DNA of 64,000 bases, taken from assembly GCA_965217185.1 (NCBI GenBank), contig OZ244252.1, positions 3,296,001 through 3,360,000 on the forward strand, written 5' to 3'. Below the pieces are notes generated by a model. It did not search any database. It was given only the letters and a program-made list of their open reading frames with translations, and was not told the origin of the DNA. A program made the translations under genes and the position numbers. The stretch comes from an uncultured Candidatus Entotheonella sp. (GTDB lineage Bacteria; Tectomicrobia; Entotheonellia; Entotheonellales; Entotheonellaceae). The first letter of the stretch is position 1; every line of letters starts with the position of its first letter. Below are positions 60,108-64,000 of the stretch, in pieces.

Positions 60108-61646
60108 ATGTCGAGAGAGTTCCCGACACTGGAGGACCGGCAGGTCATAAACTCCCGAGGAATCACGGAGGAAACTATCGCGGCACAACTGGCTCTTTTC
60201 CGGAAAGGAACGCCATGGATTAAACTCCATCGACCCTGCACGGTCGGCGACGGTATTGTCATACTTCGCACGGATGAGATGGAGGTCTTGTCACGCAGAT
60301 ATGCAGAGGCTGTTGCTACCGGTCGGGTCATGAAATTTGTGCCGGCGTCCGGAGCGGCCTCGCGGATGTTTCAGGGACTCTTGCAGCAGTTTGAAACGGC
60401 GCCCATACCTCCTGACGACGAAGATACGACTTCCAGCCAGTTTTTGACGGAGCTACACCGCTTTGCGTTTTATGATGATCTGGAAGCAGCATTGCGCGTT
60501 GAAGGACTGGATATCCAGACATGCATTGCCCAAGGCCAAATTCACAAAATCTTGGGACATCTCTTGACCTCGCGTGGACTCAATTACGCCAATCTGCCCA
60601 AGGCGTTAATCAAATTCCATCGCTACGCCGCTGACTATTGTCAAACGCCTTTGCAAGAACATATGGTGGACGCCGCAGAACATACCCTCGACCGGAATCG
60701 TGTCGTTCGAGTGCACTTTACAATCAGCACAGGATGTGAGGTGGAGATCAGTAATACTATTGAGGAGATGCAGGAGCGTTACAAAGCAACCGGCATTCAG
60801 TACCGTATCACGTTGTCGCACCAACACACCTCAACCGATACGATTGCAGTTGATACTGACAATCGTCCTTTCCGCGATCGACATCATCGTTTGCTATTCA
60901 GGCCGGGGGGGCACGGCGCACTACTTGAGAACCTACAGGCAATCCAGGCCGATATAGTTCACTTGAACAATATCGACAACGTGGTTCATGGACGCCTCAA
61001 GGATGATACGTATACCTACAAGAGAGCCTTGGGTGGTTATCTTGTGACATTGCAAGATCAGATATTCACCCATTTGAGACGTTTGTCGGCAGGGCAGGTG
61101 AATTCGCGGCAGATAGAGCACACTTTCACATTTGCCAAAGAAAATTTGTCATTAAGCATACCAAAAGACATCTTAGGTCAATCAATATCCGAGCAATCCA
61201 AATTTCTATTTGCGAAGCTCAACAGACCGCTGCGCGTCTGCGGCGTGGTGAAGAACCTCGGGGAACCGGGCGGCGGACCATTCTGGACGGAAAGCGCGGA
61301 GGGCGACCTATCATTGCAAATCGTTGAGAAGTCGCAAGTCGACACCTCGGCAGAGGGGCAACGCGCCATTTTGAACGCCTCGACCCACTTCAATCCTGTG
61401 GATGTTGTCTGCGGAATGCGTGATTACCAAGGTCGGCCTTTCGAGCTTGAGGCGTTTAGAGACCAGGACGCTTATTTCATCGCCCACAAGACCCATGAAG
61501 GGCGCCCTCTGAAAGCCCTTGAGCTTCCAGGCTTGTGGAACGGCGCCATGGCTCGTTGGAACACGGTGTTCGTGGAGGTGCCTCTCAGCACCTTTAATCC
61601 GGTCAAAACCGTGTTCGATCTCCTGCGCCCGGAACACCAGCCGTAA
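60108..61646 (+). CDS. DUF4301 family protein
   Basis: KFVPASGAASRMF, LFRPGGHGALL, NIDNV, RVCGVV..GEPGGGPFW, THFNPVD, ALELPGLWNGAM. Confidence 0.85.
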   Translation: MSREFPTLEDRQVINSRGITEETIAAQLALFRKGTPWIKLHRPCTVGDGIVILRTDEMEVLSRRYAEAVATGRVMKFVPASGAASRMFQGLLQQFETAPIPPDDEDTTSSQFLTELHRFAFYDDLEAALRVEGLDIQTCIAQGQIHKILGHLLTSRGLNYANLPKALIKFHRYAADYCQTPLQEHMVDAAEHTLDRNRVVRVHFTISTGCEVEISNTIEEMQERYKATGIQYRITLSHQHTSTDTIAVDTDNRPFRDRHHRLLFRPGGHGALLENLQAIQADIVHLNNIDNVVHGRLKDDTYTYKRALGGYLVTLQDQIFTHLRRLSAGQVNSRQIEHTFTFAKENLSLSIPKDILGQSISEQSKFLFAKLNRPLRVCGVVKNLGEPGGGPFWTESAEGDLSLQIVEKSQVDTSAEGQRAILNASTHFNPVDVVCGMRDYQGRPFELEAFRDQDAYFIAHKTHEGRPLKALELPGLWNGAMARWNTVFVEVPLSTFNPVKTVFDLLRPEHQP

Positions 61647-61798
61647 AACTCATCTGGGCGTCTGAGTGTTACGGAAAAGCTCCGGCAGCTAAAAGCAATT
61701 GATATTTGTAAATGACTTATATATGGTGAGGTCTTGTTGGAACGACATGAAAAACATTTTGAATCCTTACATTAGGCATGTGGAGATATTCAGTTATT

Positions 61799-63547
61799 AT
61801 GAGCTTGCAAAGCCCACCATACGTACCAAGGATTAAAGACCGCGGCGCTGATTTGTTCGTCGCCTTGCTGCGGGCTCAGGGTGTGAAACAAGTTATGGCT
61901 TTAACGGGCGGCGCCATCATGGAAGGGATGGATGCCCTGCAGGAAGCAGAACACCTGGAAATGTCCATCTTCCAAACCGAACCGGGCGCGGCGTGGGCTG
62001 CGATGGGGTATGCGCGGGCCACGGGCAAAGTCGGCGTGTGTGTGGTGACGTCGGGACCGGCCGCAACCAACACCATTACAGCCATCGCGGACGCTTACCG
62101 TGACAACGTGCCCTTGGTGGTTGTGACGGGTCAGGTGCCAACGTTTGCCCGTAACACCGATGCCTTTCAAGAAACAGACATCACCGGAATTGTCGCGCCA
62201 ACCGTAAAGAAAGTGTATTACGTGAGCTGTCCCGAAGAGATGCCTGACGTGGTCCGTGAAGCATTTCACCTTGCCCGAGATGGTCGGCCGGGGCCAGTGC
62301 TGATCGATCTCACAAAAGATGCCCAACAGTCGCTGGTCGATCTTGATGCGTATCGCGCGGACCTGGAGCCGATCAATTCAGCCATCTCAGATAAAACGTT
62401 TGATGAAACCCTGAACGCTGAATTGGACGAGGTGATAGCCCATCTCAACGCCGCGGAACGGCCTGTCGTAATCGCGGGCTACGGTTTGGTGCTGGCCAGT
62501 GCTGAGCGCGAACTGGAGCAATTCCTGGAAGCCGTGCCAAGCCCGGTGGTCTACACGATTCCAGGCAAGCCCGCGATTGCCACATCGCATCCATGCAACT
62601 ACGGATTGCTTGGCATGCACGGATTCTACGTCGCCAACTGGATCGTGCACCATGCCGACCTCGTCGTTTCGCTGGGTTCGCGCTACGACGACCGTATCAC
62701 GGGGGACACAGCCCGGTTCGCGCCACAGGCCAAGCACCTGATCCATTTCGACATTGACCCGGAACAAATTCGCAAGGTGCTGCCCGAACGGAAACTCGGA
62801 ATCGTCGGCAACCTGAAGGAGACATTGGGCGCGTTGAGGCGCCGGCTTACGGGCACAATCGATTATCTCGATTGGCGTCAGGCCATTGCGGAAGTTGAGA
62901 AGGAATACCCCTCAACCTACACCCGCCGCCCGGAGTTGCTGCAAACGCAGCACGTCATGCAGCAACTCAATGAGGCCGTGGAACAACGTGTTGCTGCCGA
63001 CCCGTGCCGGGTCATCTATACCACGGAGGTCGGCGACCACCAGATGTGGGCTGGGCAATATCTGGCCATGCAGCCAGGCTGGCAATTCATGACTTCCGGC
63101 GGCCAGGGTGCAATGGGTTCCGGATTACCCATGGCCATTGGAGCGCAAATGGCGGAGCCTGATGCCCTTGTCATCTGTCTGGCTGGCGACGGTAGCTTGC
63201 GTTTCTCCGAAGCTGAGCTGGAAACCATTTGGGAAGAAAATCTCGCCGTAAAGGTCCTGGTGCTCAACAACGACGGCTACGGCATTGTGCGAATGTGGAA
63301 TCACCGCTTCTATCAGGGGCGGGAGACGGGTGTCGTCAAACGCGGCAAAAATTGGACCTTGCTGGCCCAGGGAAATGGCTTTGATGCCGACTTCGTGGAC
63401 CGCGTCTGCAAGCCGCAAGACGTGAAACCCGCTCTGCAACGCGCGCTCTCCCACCGCGGGCCGCATTTCATCGAGTTTGTAACGCCTTACGAGGAATGCC
63501 TGCCCCTGATGCCGCCAGGTCAATCGTTTGAGGAAATGATTGTCTGA
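61799..63547 (+). CDS. ilvB: Acetolactate synthase large subunit-like ThDP enzyme
   Basis: TSGP..TN, TGQV..DAFQE, GRPGPVLID, GMHG, RYDDRITG, GDGS..NN. Confidence 0.78.
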   Translation: MSLQSPPYVPRIKDRGADLFVALLRAQGVKQVMALTGGAIMEGMDALQEAEHLEMSIFQTEPGAAWAAMGYARATGKVGVCVVTSGPAATNTITAIADAYRDNVPLVVVTGQVPTFARNTDAFQETDITGIVAPTVKKVYYVSCPEEMPDVVREAFHLARDGRPGPVLIDLTKDAQQSLVDLDAYRADLEPINSAISDKTFDETLNAELDEVIAHLNAAERPVVIAGYGLVLASAERELEQFLEAVPSPVVYTIPGKPAIATSHPCNYGLLGMHGFYVANWIVHHADLVVSLGSRYDDRITGDTARFAPQAKHLIHFDIDPEQIRKVLPERKLGIVGNLKETLGALRRRLTGTIDYLDWRQAIAEVEKEYPSTYTRRPELLQTQHVMQQLNEAVEQRVAADPCRVIYTTEVGDHQMWAGQYLAMQPGWQFMTSGGQGAMGSGLPMAIGAQMAEPDALVICLAGDGSLRFSEAELETIWEENLAVKVLVLNNDGYGIVRMWNHRFYQGRETGVVKRGKNWTLLAQGNGFDADFVDRVCKPQDVKPALQRALSHRGPHFIEFVTPYEECLPLMPPGQSFEEMIV

Positions 63548-63569
63548 TTTCGCGCCACGGAACGGTGAG

Positions 63570-63980
63570 CTACGCCGAAGGCCGGAATTTCGGCAAGGTG
63601 ACTTCCGGCGTTACGTCATCGAAAATAACTTCTACGGGTAGACCCACGCGCAATTGCTCGACAGGCAGATCAGGCACGCGGGAAACCAACCGGACGCCCT
63701 CCTCCAATTCCACCACAACGGCAGCATACGGCAATTCATCCGCAAAGCCGGGATGCAACGCGCGGTGAATCACCGTCCAGCTGAAGACTTGCCCCTTGCC
63801 GGCGGCGCGCTCCCAGGTCCAGTTGAACGAGCCACAGGCCTGACAGCTCTCGCGGGGCATGTGGCGCCATGCTCCGCAATCCCGGCAGCGCTGGAAGCGC
63901 AATTCGTGCTGCTTACAGAACCGGTAGAACTCGCCGTTGAAGTCCTCACCCCGAGGTAATGGCTTATTATAGGCTTCCAT
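63570..63980 (-). CDS. Zn-ribbon/OB-fold protein (DUF35 family)
   Basis: QRCRDCG..PRESCQAC, G.VFSWT, PY..VELEEG, GLPVEV.F. Confidence 0.88.
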   Translation of the reverse strand: MEAYNKPLPRGEDFNGEFYRFCKQHELRFQRCRDCGAWRHMPRESCQACGSFNWTWERAAGKGQVFSWTVIHRALHPGFADELPYAAVVVELEEGVRLVSRVPDLPVEQLRVGLPVEVIFDDVTPEVTLPKFRPSA

Positions 63981-64000
63981 CGGTTATCTCCTGAGAATGA

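Noticed and set aside
1..64000. CRISPR array, tRNA, rRNA or prophage
   Set aside because: No regularly spaced repeats, cloverleaf or rRNA-like segment, integrase or phage structural gene was seen by eye; a tRNAscan/Infernal run would be needed to exclude small RNAs.

Overview
This is a GC-rich bacterial chromosome segment heavily invaded by IS elements. I found no rRNA, tRNA or CRISPR array. In order it contains: (1) a three-gene defence-type locus (PLD-nuclease/SF2 helicase, Eco57I/type IIG-like N6-methyltransferase split by an IS, AbiJ-like HEPN protein); (2) a probable 7-gene operon joining a circularly permuted ATP-grasp/alpha-E pair to an RsbW/RsbV/RsbU-type partner-switching module, a substrate-binding protein and a HAMP histidine kinase; (3) a tandem YjbQ-like protein and an RNase II-family nuclease; (4) a Tat-exported formate dehydrogenase cluster with an NrfD anchor; (5) housekeeping genes (murD, folP, MaoC pair, fbp/aldolase, biotin carboxylase); (6) a HipA-like kinase/HIRAN pair split by a 6845-bp composite transposon that carries three further nested IS; (7) a divergent bacillithiol-type cluster (bshA, bshB1, a short BshC-like protein with a possible Zn ribbon, a large PIG-L deacetylase); (8) ilvD, a decayed IS, DUF4301, an acetolactate-synthase-like gene and DUF35. 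A 24-bp frame-preserving palindromic micro-element with compensatory stem changes occurs inside two unrelated coding sequences. IS boundaries, TIRs and TSDs were read directly from the sequence. Protein family calls come from motif recognition only; no database search was run.
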